A stretch of 51,388 nt of DNA, counting the filler, from Jimgerdemannia flammicorona (taxonomy: Eukaryota): NCBI GenBank assembly GCA_003990765.1. It is 2 parts of 2 records of this genome, joined end to end, with 100 filler letters (N's around TTAATTAATTAA, not from the genome) between each part and the next. Parts side by side here need not be neighbours in the genome. Positions count along the whole stretch, not along the records: positions 1 to 25,651 come from RBNJ01000806.1; 1 more part is not named here. The stretch is one strand, 5' to 3'. Within the stretch, counting starts at the first letter, position 1. Each line of letters starts with the position of its first letter. This document shows positions 13,120 to 23,499 of this stretch, piece after piece. Made by a program: the position numbers and the translations under genes. The notes under the pieces are model-generated. The model saw nothing but the letters and a program-made list of their open reading frames with translations, was not told the DNA's origin and searched no databases.

Positions 13120-13137
13120 TGGGGGCTCAACTGGGAA
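13120..13137 (+). promoter_or_regulatory. Primer-binding site, tRNA-Pro type (TGGGGGCTCAACTGGGAA)
   Basis: TGG begins 2 nt after the LTR end. It resembles the MLV tRNA-Pro PBS TGGGGGCTCGTCCGGGAT, and its reverse complement looks like a tRNA T-stem/acceptor/CCA end. Confidence 0.8.
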
Positions 13138-16100
13138 GATTTCAAAATCAATGTGACTTTTCAGCTCACAAGAACCCACAGTCAAACTGGATACATTTGA
13201 TACAACACCAACCTCTGCTACTACAGGAGAACCAGTCATCACTAGCATCTGGACAGGAAGAGAAGTAATCACCTCAAGACTTGCCAACTACCCAGCATCA
13301 GAAGGATCTCAACCAGAAGCAGGAGGCAGTACAGCGCGAAATCCTCAGCCAGATCAACCAGATCAATCAGATCAACCAGACAATACAGGCAGCCCTGCTG
13401 GAGATTTTGGAGAACTTGCACAAGAACTAGAAGACTTTATTACCCGGACCCAACATCTTACAGCCAGATACCCCACACCAGTCCCACCAATTTCACCAAT
13501 AGAACCCCTACCACAACCTCTTGGAGAACCAGAAGTAGCTCCTACAAGGATACCTAGGTCTACTCCACCTCACCCAAGAACGAGGACACCATCTTCAAGA
13601 TATCCAAGCACCCGGGCCTCTAGTGACAGTTCAGAAAGTGAACCAGAATCAGAATCCGAATTTGAACCAGAACCAGAAGAAAGTGACGAAGAAATGGCCA
13701 CCTCATTGCCAATCTTTGCAGGATACCCAGAGGAAGACCCCAGAGAATTCCTTGATGGAATTGAAGGAATTGCAGCCTTGAGGAATCTCTCAGATGAAAG
13801 GAAAATCGCCATCTACAAAGCTCAGCTCAGAGAACCAGCCAGAGGGATTTTCCATCGAACAGCAAACAACCCAGATTCCGAACTAGCAAGGCAGATACAA
13901 GCAGCAGTCTCCTATGAGCTAGAATATCAGGCCATGGTCTACTGGCTCATAGAAAAGTATGCAGGAAATGAAACCTGCCACAAGGCTCAAGAATCCATTA
14001 TGGGAATGAAGATGAATCTTGGAGAATTACCCAGAGCCTTCTTCACAAGAATCCAGAAGAGAATGCACTCTGCCGGGTTCAATGCCACCAACCAGGACAT
14101 CATAGGTCCAATGACCTTCATGAATGGAATTCCCCCGAATATTGCCCAGCATGTCCGCACCCTAGGCATCAGAAGGTCTGAAGAGCAGGTAGATGCAGCC
14201 TAAGGATTCTTTGATGTCAGGCAAGGAACTACCTAGAGTGACCATGACAAGAAGGAAGATAAAGAAGATATCCTGGTCAAAGCCCTGCAAGGACTCCTTC
14301 AAGGACAAGAAAGGTCTGAAGAAAGAAGGCCAGCCAAGGAAGGAAAAAAGGACAGAAGCAAAATTCAAGACCTCAGCTCCAAGTTAGACCAATTGGTTGG
14401 ACAAATTGAAAAACTCACCACATGCGAAAATCAGGACTACCAAAACAACAGAGGATACCCACCACAGAGGAGCCAAGGTTATCCACCCAGAGATAATAGG
14501 AATTACCAGCAAGAAGAAAGAAGGTACCCAGCCCGAGACAGAGCCCAAGTCCAATGCTTCTACTGTGGACAATTTGGACACTATGCCACTGAATGTGACA
14601 ACAAAAGAAGTGACCGAAGGGACTCAGAACCACCAAACTGAAGGAATGACACCCAGTACAAGAAGACTGAAGCCCATCCTGTTGAAGATTTCGAGGAAGC
14701 AAGCAATAGTGAAGACTACAGTGACCTAGACTTGTACCCTACCAAGGTTACCACCCGAAAGACAGTCTACCCAGCAGAAAAAAGAAAGAGACCTGTGGGA
14801 AGACCATCCAGGAATATCAGTAGGAGAATTATTCAAGAAGAAGATGAAGAACATGAGGAGGAACAAGTTGAAACACCTCCCCGAACCCCTTCACCTTTTG
14901 TGCCCAAGACAAACGAGTTGCTACCAGAAGATGAAGAAATAGAACAAGAAGAACGGGAACCTGTTGCTCCAAAGCCTAAAAAGAAGTACACCCCGAAGAC
15001 CATGCCTAGGGATATTTACAATGAAGCCTGGCAGAAGATTCAAGAAGCCAAGATGGAAGTTCCTCTCCTGCAGTTCTTGCAACTGATACCAGCTGGAGTC
15101 CAAAACAAATTGCTGAGAACCACCAGGTCTAGCACTGACTGAGTTCCAATCCCACAGCAAGAACCAGCCTCCATTCCTGTCCAAGCAGCTGAAAGACATG
15201 TCAGCACCTACTTACATGGAGACATTGGAGGACAAAAAGCAAAAATCCTCATAGATACAGGAGCAGCTGTCTGTGTCATCGCCAAACGATTCCTGGATAC
15301 CCTCCAATGGCCCATTGATGGACCATCCAACCTCAGCATCATAGTAGCAGATGGAGCCTGAACTCAACCCCTTAGAGAAGTACGAAATATCACCATCTCC
15401 CTTGGACACATTCAGTTCTCTATCCCCAAAGCTGTTGTCACCGAAGCTGTCACCTATGACATGATTCTTGGCACCAACTGGATGAAGGAAATGAATGCAG
15501 TTGTTGATATTGGCCAACAAGTACTCAAGTTTGACTACCGAGGCAAGAAGTATAGAGTTAAGGTGACCAGCTATGAGCAATCGAAGAAGAAGAAGAAGGT
15601 TACCATTCAAGAAGAGTATGCCAGCAGTGAGGATTCTACTACAGAAGAAGAAGAAGAATCTGAAGATGGAAATGATCCCAGACTCAATCCATGAATTAAC
15701 CTGGTGGACGACAGACCAGAAGACAATGTGTGGGCTAAGAACACCATCCCCATCACTATTGGAGCCATTGCAGGAGAAGCCAAAGGATGCCCCACATACC
15801 TCAAGAGACACAAGTGCCCCGAACACTCCTCCAAGATTATGGGAAAAAGGAAATCGCCTGGTACAGCTTGCCCAGAATGCAGAAGAAAGAAGAAGAAGTG
15901 CAGACATATTCCAGAAACACCTGCGACCAAAGTTGCAGAAGTACAAGCAATTTGGGGTCAAGAATCATCTGAGGAAGAAGAAACTTCTGACCAAGAAGTT
16001 CCTGAACAAGAAGCACCTGGTGAAGAAGAAGTTCCCGAACTCATCCCCTGGGATGACCCTCGGTGGACACCACCTGAAGACAATGACCCCTGGAATACAG

Positions 16101-16882
16101 AGGAAGGACCCAGTACCATCACCATTATTCCCAAGAAAGAAACCCACCAAGAGAAAGCTTTCCGGCTAGGAAGATGTCCACATCAAATGGTCTTCCACTC
16201 TCCCCGAGACTACTGCTATCAGTGCCATCTGTTGGACCAACAAGAAAGACAGAGACCCCAGAGGCCAGAACCCCCAACTACTCTTGCACAATCCACCACC
16301 TTTCAAGAAGTCACCACAAGGTTACAAAGTCGATTTAGGGGACAAGGCTTCTTCACCTGAACAGAAATATACCCCTTGTCTACCCTTCCCCCAACCTATG
16401 ATCAAGATGGGTACCGATTTCCAAGACAACAAGAGATAAATAGCCAAGAACATCATTTCTGGGCAATGGGATATTGCAACCATGGAAGACACCCTGATTG
16501 CCGAGACTGCAGAAATCAGAAGATTCACCTCAGTCATGATGTTGCAGTACACACCCTGAAGAAAGGAGATAACCGAAGCCAGATCCGAAAAAGCCAGATT
16601 CGAAAAAGCCAGACCAAGAAGCCTGGAAAAAGAATTCTCAAGATCTACGATTTGGGAGAAGACATCCTAGCTCTTATTAGACATGCAACCCGCCAAGGAT
16701 GGGCAGAAGATGCCACCAACTTCATGGAAGCCCTTGATCCTACAGGAAGAAGGGGAATCAATTACCTCCGAGACCCCTCTACTGGAGCCAGATGGCCACA
16801 CCTCAACCTTAGAGCTTGGAGGCTTTCTGCCAGTGGAGCTTCAGCCTTAGGGAAGCCCGAACTCAGCGAGGATATTGCTCAG

Positions 16883-17284
16883 TATGCCCTGCTGCACCCC
16901 AAGGCCAAACCCCCGACCAAAGCCCACCCAGAGGATGTAGGATATGATCTTCACAGCCTGGAGGATGAAAATATCAAGCCAGGAAAAACCTTCATGGTCA
17001 GAACAGGAATAGCCATACAGCCACCCCAGGGAGCTTATATTCAACTGACCTCAAGGTCTGGACTTGCCAGACAAGGGATAACTGTAGAAGGAGGAACTAT
17101 TGACCCTGGATATACAGGCGAAATCAAGGTTATCCTACACAACAGCAGTACAGAATGGCACCGAATCATTAGAGGACAGAAGATTGCCCAAGCAGTCTTC
17201 ACGAAGGTCAAGACCCCACAGTTACAGGAAGTCTCTGAACTAACTGAAGGAACAAGACAAGCTGAAGGATTTGGAAGTTCAGAC
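16883..17284 (+). other. dut: Trimeric dUTPase domain within ORF1
   Basis: All five motifs are present: VGYDL, SRSGLA, GTIDPGYTGEI, GQKIAQ and RQAEGFGSSD. Confidence 0.95.
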
Positions 17285-17634
17285 AGGAAAGAGGTACATC
17301 TCCTTCAAGTCAACCACCTCAAGAGGAATGTTCCCCAGCAAGTATACCGGCAACCAGTCAGACTGCACAAGAATCTCATCCTGGAGCCTGGAGAACAAAC
17401 TACCTTCGAAATATTTGTACCACCTGACCCCAGGAACCTTTTCTTCAAACCCAAGGAAGACATCCCACACCTGGACATAGAGGGACACACATTCCCTGAC
17501 AAGATGAACCCAGTGCACTCTCGAGGAACCAACCAAAGTTGGGAGACCATCATCTTGCCAAAAGGAACCATCATAGGACACCTGGTGTCTTTTCTCAACT
17601 GAACTCATAGGGAAGTTTATGAACTAAACCTATC

Positions 17635-17682
17635 GGGAAATGGCAAAAGGTCCCAGAAGAAAGGAAAGGCCCCTCTGCGACC
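17635..17682 (+). promoter_or_regulatory. Putative -1 programmed ribosomal frameshift signal
   Basis: G_GGA_AAT heptamer (17635-41) in ORF1 phase, a 7-nt spacer, then a stem GGTCCCAGAAG/CCTCTGCGACC (9 of 11 pairs). It lies in the 70-nt overlap between ORF1 and the -1 RT frame. Confidence 0.7.
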
Positions 17683-19099
17683 CAGGAGACAGTGAAGCCT
17701 TCCACCAACATTGGAGAAGAATTGACACCTCAACAACAGCAACAACTAGTAGAACTCCTCAACAAATATCAAGATATTTTCACCACCGATTTTGGCAACC
17801 TGCCATACAATCCATCATATCATCACAGCATAAATACAGGAAGTGCAACACCCATCTGGCAGAAACCCTATAGAATACCCCATCACTTGAAAACATTTGA
17901 AAAGGAGCACATCCAAGAACTCTTAGACAATGGAGTCATCCGACCCTCTACCAGCCCCTGGGCCAGCCCTATACTTATTGTACCAAAGAAAGGAGGATGG
18001 AGACTCTGCGTGGATTACAGGAAACTCAACTCAGTCACTGAAAAGGATGCTTATCCTTTGCCCAGAATCGATGACCTTTTGGACCAGTTACAAGATGCCA
18101 GATACTTCAGCAGTATGGACCTCTTTGCAGGATTTTACGAGATCCCCATGGACCCCAAGGACATTCAAAAGACAGCCTTCCTTGCCTTAGGAAAACTGTT
18201 TGAATACCTCTGAATGCCCTTTGGACTTTGCAATGCACCCCCCACCTTCCAGAGGATGATGAATTCAGTCTATGCCCCCTTGATCCACCACTGTCTGATT
18301 GTATACATGGATGATTCCAACATCTATTCAGCAAATTTCGAAGAACACCTGCACCATCTAGAGGAATTCTTCAAGCTCACCCGCAAGAATCACTTGAGAC
18401 TGAATGCAAAGAAATGCTACTTTGGAAAACAGAAACTCGAATTCCTTGGATTTGTGGTCTCCAAAGAAGGAACTCATGCAGACCCAAAGAAAACCGAGAA
18501 GATCAACAATTGGCCAGTACCCAAGACTCCGAAGGAAACACTATCATTCCTGATGCTAGTATCCTACTACAGAAGGTTCATCAAGAATTTTGCCCAAATC
18601 GCTGCCCCAATCCAAATCCTTCTCAAGAAAGGAGTACCATTCAAATGGACAGAATCACAGGAAAAAGCCTTCAGAGAACTCAAGAACCTCATGACTACAG
18701 CACCAATCCTTATGTGCCCCAATCTACAGAAGCCATTCATCCTGTACACAGATACTTCCAAAGATGGCCTAGGAGCAGTTCTAGCCCAGGAAGGACCTGA
18801 CCAACAGCACCATGTGATAGCTTATGCAAGCAGGGCTACCAATCAGCAGCAGATGAACTATGGCAGCACCAAACTGGAATGCCTTGCAGTCATATGGGTG
18901 GTCACTCTGTTCAAGCATTACCTCATCAGAAAAAGGTTCACCCTGATCACAGACCATGCAGCCCTCAAATGGCTATTCAACTGCAAGGAACCTGCCGGAA
19001 TTCTAGCCCGCTGGATCCTTATCCTCCAGGATTACCATCATTCACAAAGCAGGGAAAGCTCACAACAATGTTGATGTACTTTCCCGCCAGCCCCAATGA
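17635..19099 (+). pseudogene. pol: ORF2: reverse transcriptase - RNase H
   Basis: Motifs: SPWASP, WRLCVDYRKLN, YPLPRIDDLL, [R]MPFGLCNAP (TGA at 18211), YMDD 18304-15, YTDTS, LECLAV, TDHAAL. After a small deletion at ~19033 the tail TIIHKAGKAHNNVDVLSRQPQ* is shifted by one frame. Confidence 0.93.
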
Positions 19100-20163
19100 A
19101 CTAGAGGAAGGGTGTCCTGAGGAACCACACCTTAAAGGAAGCTCCTCAGACTATCAAAGCACAAGAAGATCTTATCTGAAAAGAACATCAGAAAGCCCAC
19201 CAAGGACAGACAAGCACAGAAGACAAGATTCGAAAACAATATCAACATTGGCCCCACCTCAGAACTCAAGTCCGGGACATCATCCAGAAATGTGACATCT
19301 GCCAGAAGTACCAAGGAAAGAAGAACTATCAAGCCCCTCTGCAACCGATTCCCCCACCCACTCACATCTTTCAAAGATGGGGAGTAGATGTAATTGGACC
19401 TCTACCAGTTACACCAAGAAGAAACAAATACATCCTTGTATTTGTAGAACATCTGACCAAGTGGCCCAAGGCTTTCCCAATGGAAATCGCAGATGCCTTA
19501 ACCATTGTGGGCCTCCTCCATGGGCTCACACTCAGATATGGACCCCCAGAAGAACTCATCTCTGACCGAGGCACAGAATTCATCAATAACATAATCACAA
19601 GTTATGCCCGAATTCACAAGATCCACCTCAAAAGGACCACATCATACCACCCACAGACCAATGGCATGACAGAAAGAATGAACCAGACCATCAAGAAAGG
19701 ACTTGCCCAAGTCAACCCTACTAATTGGGACCTCTGCTTACCTGAGATCCTATGGGAAATTCGGAATACCCCTGCCACATCTACCAAACAAAAGCCATTC
19801 AAAATGATGTTTGTCAAGAAAACCAGAACTGCTGACTATGAGAATCTTGGAGACCTCCTCAAGAAGGCAGAACAGTTACGAAATCAAGCCCAAGGACAGA
19901 TTATCAAAGCCCAGGAAAGACAAAAGAAGTACTATAACCAAAAACAGAAAGATCAGGAGATCAAGATTGGAGATCAAGTCCTAGTCTGGAGAAGTATGAT
20001 TGAGACAAACTTTGCCACCAAACTAGAACCGAAATGGAAAGGACCTTATCTTGTACACAATATCAGAGGAACCAGCATCTATTTAAGAAGCATGGATGGA
20101 TGAACCCTGAGAACACCAGTACATATCAATCGCCTCAAAGTATATTTCCCTTCTACACTATGA
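19096..20163 (+). pseudogene. ORF3: integrase (HHCC, DDE, GPY/F; no chromodomain)
   Basis: Motifs: EHQKAHQG...CDICQK; WGVDVIGPL; ISDRGTEF; GMTERMN; KWKGPY; VHINRLK. Internal stops at 19102, 19177 and 20101. The ATG 19096 start is inferred. Confidence 0.9.
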
Positions 20164-20675
20164 GCCAAAGGATTGATCAGCGCCTCCAGACATTGGTCCT
20201 TAGCTCCTTCCAAGCCCTACCTGTTCCTCTACCTCAATTCGGCCAAGCCAATGGGAACTCCCTTCAAAGGATCTAAGTTCATCAAGAAAATCTCACCTTG
20301 GCCAGACGCCTACTACAAGTCCATCAACTGCAGGCCTATTATGCAATCGGTGAACAATTGCAGAACCTCCCAGCCCCAGAACAGACCTACATCAGAAATA
20401 CTATGGGTCTGACCAGAAGAGACACTACTGCTGCAGACAGACTATACACCATTTACAAATGAAATGTCACAGCCCTGATACAGGCGCAATTCTCTCTGAA
20501 TGACATCCAAGGAATGAACCCTGTTACCTACCTGAGTATCATCAACTCTGTCGAAATCCTCTTCTCTGAAGAAGAAGAAGAGCCCCTAGAATGGAGTAAC
20601 CCCAGTACAGACAACGAAGATGATGGAACAGGTATAGATGCAGAAGCAGCCTATGCTTATTGGAATGATGACTGA
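20160..20675 (+). pseudogene. ORF4: unknown 171-aa protein in the env position
   Basis: ATG 20160 to TGA 20673-75 in one frame with two revertible stops (TAA 20274, TGA 20460). It fills almost all the space between integrase and the PPT. Confidence 0.72.
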
Positions 20676-20679
20676 AGAA

Positions 20680-20714
20680 TAGTCTGGGACAGACTACCCT
20701 TCAGTGGGGGCTGA
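20680..20714 (+). promoter_or_regulatory. Pre-PPT hairpin (TAGTCTG-GGA-CAGACTA) and short PPT-position tract (AGTGGGGGCTGA)
   Basis: Perfect 7-bp stem at 20680-20696 and a G-run immediately 5' of the 3' LTR. Confidence 0.6.
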
Positions 20715-22016
20715 TGTGACAAGCCAAGACATACCACCTGAATCATATCTTAACCAGATGACGCGAACAAGATGACGTGAACACTCAGTCTAGTAACCAA
20801 CAACTGTTGCTGTGGAAAACTGTATAAATAGCCAGACATACCAGAAAGGGTCTGTTTACCTGTACAGACTCTGTACACCATACAGACTCTGTACACTGTA
20901 CAGGTCCTGTACATCGTACAGACTCTGTACACCTGCCATAAGTGGCAGATCTATAGTTAGCCACATAGTAACCAGATAGCAACCAACTTGTATAAATTAC
21001 CCCAGTGGCGAGAGTGAATAAAACCTCAGTCCGAAATACAAATATCAAACAAGCCTCTAAAGATTGAGCATTGGTCCCCTTTCCACTCCGGTCCACTTTC
21101 TGATACAAAGCTTGAAGATTTGCCACCTAAGTTCAAGGAGAACTTCGCCGCCTTTGGAACTATTGGTTCGCTTGCCAGATAAGCCTGAAGATTTCCACCT
21201 TTTCCGCTGCATTAGAAAGCTGCCTTGCTCAAGCCAGTTTCTGACGCAACTTCGCAGTGATTCATTGCACAAACGAAGCCAGTCTTTGACATAACTTTGC
21301 CAAGAGACCCTTTCCAAAAGAACGCCGCCAGTTTTATCCGCTGTATTCCCAGTTAGAGCCACCGATTCAGGAGAATCCGCGCCATCTGAGTTAATTCCCA
21401 GTTAAGCCGCCGTTTTCAAGAAACCCGCCAAATCTGCATCATCCACCACTTTCGAGTTATCTGCATTCCCAGAAGAGCCCGATTCGGAAGAACTCACGCC
21501 ATTCGAGTAGTATTCCCAGTTGAAGCCGAATCCGTGACATCTGGGTTATTCGTCATCCCCAGTGAGCCTGAGAAGAATCCACCACCAGCATTATTCCCAG
21601 AAAGGAGAACCCGCGCCTTACATTCCCAGTGAGCCAAATCGAGTCGACCGCCAGAAATCGCATACTTTTGGAGATCATCGCGCTACACAAAGAAATCGCC
21701 CGCTACCCAAGAAGGAGAACTGCTAAATTATCAGACCGTCACACCCAGAGATCGCATACTTTTGAAGATCGTCATGCTACACAAATTGTACCATTCCCAG
21801 TTGACCCAAGAAGGAAGTCCATTCACACACAAATCGCCGCTACACCCAGAGAACTGTCCCAAAAAGGAAATCGCTCGCACAGTATCCAGATCTTGACTAT
21901 TATACCGCTAAACACCAAGAACATTTTGTTGCTTTTAACAAAGTAACTGGGGGCTCAAGCCAAACTACATCAACCCCCAACCTTGTAATTTGCCTCCATT
22001 GAGCCGGCACGTTACA
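20715..22016 (+). repeat. 3' LTR (1302 bp)
   Basis: TGTGACA...CGTTACA; colinear with the 5' LTR at both ends, rearranged in the middle. Confidence 0.93.
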
Positions 22017-23499
22017 CTATATATAGGCAAATTTACCTGCAAAAATTATTATTTTACCAAATATAGTATTTACAAATATATATATTTAGTATAAAATCTC
22101 TCTTTTTATATATATTATAGTATAAATATATATATAATTACTATAATATAAATAAAAAATATTATAATAATATTTCTATTAACTATTATTATCTGCTCAT
22201 AATATTGTTATCTTAAGTTTAAAATTTTCACACTTTTAATAAAATCTTAATATAATCATTTTGTTATCTGAAGTTCAAAATCCTCACACTTTTAATAATT
22301 GTTAGAAATTCTCAAGATCTTAAAATGGCCAATTGTCATATATAACTATAAAACCTCAAAGTGACTATGAAATCTCATAGCTGATATAAAGTTTTTTATA
22401 ACTAACATATCTTTTTAATAACAGTTTGCAAATAAATATTAATCAAAAGATGAGCATCCCAATTAATTACTTTAACCTCCCAACTAATATTAAAAACTAT
22501 ATTTATAAAATCTAAACCTTTCTTATTAAATTAACATTGAAAGAAGTATGCATTATAGTCAATGAAGAAATATTTTATACATCAAGAACTGGCATTACTT
22601 CTTCACTAACTTTAGCCAGTAATAAGAATACTTCAGATAATGAGAAGTATATTTGGATGAATTGAAAAGCCAAGGCAAGTACTATATAAAATATCAGAAT
22701 ATATAATAAGTAATGAGCCTAGAAGAAAGCTACCACTACAATCCAAAAGAAAGCTATTACTATCTCCTAAAAGAAAGCTACTACTGCTATCTAAAAGAAA
22801 GCTACTACTGCTGCCACTATTATCATTGTTACCTCTACCACTACTACATATCCCCACTACTACTACTACTATTATCACCCCTACTATTACCCCTACTATT
22901 AAATAAAAAAACAAAGAGGATATTAAGCAAGCTCAGAAGAAAGCTTAAGATATCAACAAAATATAACAAATTGGTACTGCTCTGTGAAAAGCCTAAGCAA
23001 TTCCATTACAATATATATAATCTATTGAGATTTATATATACCTCTATGCCAAGAATACTACTCTTGAAGATATTTTCAAGAACTATCACATTTTTGGAAA
23101 AGTTTTATATTAAGATGAACATGAATAAAAACAGAAAGAAACAGATTTAGAATGAGTACAAGTTATTATAAAACTTGTCAAATTATCACTATCCTATCTT
23201 GATGAGTCAAAGAAGTTAAATAAGTATATTTGAAAGACAAGCAAAATATATGATATTACTGCCTAGCTAACCCCAATCAGGTATAAAATTATAGGAAATA
23301 ACCAAATCAGACTTGATTAATATTGCTAAAAACTATATTCCAATATACTTTATATGTTTGTAAATAATAATAGTTCTACTATATCTACTATAAATATTAT
23401 GAACAATATGTAATTATGATAAATAAATTATATAGATACTTATAATGATCAGTTTTGGCTCTCAGGGTCCAGGGAATATGGATTGAGATACTATAGTAA

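Larger units (their letters stand above)
13151..17695 (+). pseudogene. gag: ORF1: Gag (capsid, CCHC knuckle) - aspartic protease - Cys/His-rich spacer - dUTPase, in one frame with point-mutation stops
   Basis: ORF-track pieces 13694, 14393, 14732, 15461, 15704 and 16376 all share a frame with ATG 13151. Motifs: LPIFAG..EEDPREFL; CFYCGQFGHYATEC 14555-14596; ILIDTGA with DTG at 15254-15262. Internal stops (13154, 14201, 14234, 14639, 15140, 15359, 15692, 16358, 17600) can all be reverted by T>C. Confidence 0.88.
11849..22016 (+). mobile_element. Full-length degenerate Ty3/Gypsy LTR retrotransposon with dUTPase and an extra 3' ORF
   Basis: Two ~1.3-kb TGT...ACA direct repeats, a PBS, a PPT-position tract, and the domain order Gag-PR-dUTPase-RT-RH-IN. 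Confidence 0.96.

Noticed and set aside
22633..23150. 93-aa and 145-aa ORFs right of the 3' LTR
   Set aside because: Low-complexity, decayed sequence; possibly an old TE fragment but unidentifiable.
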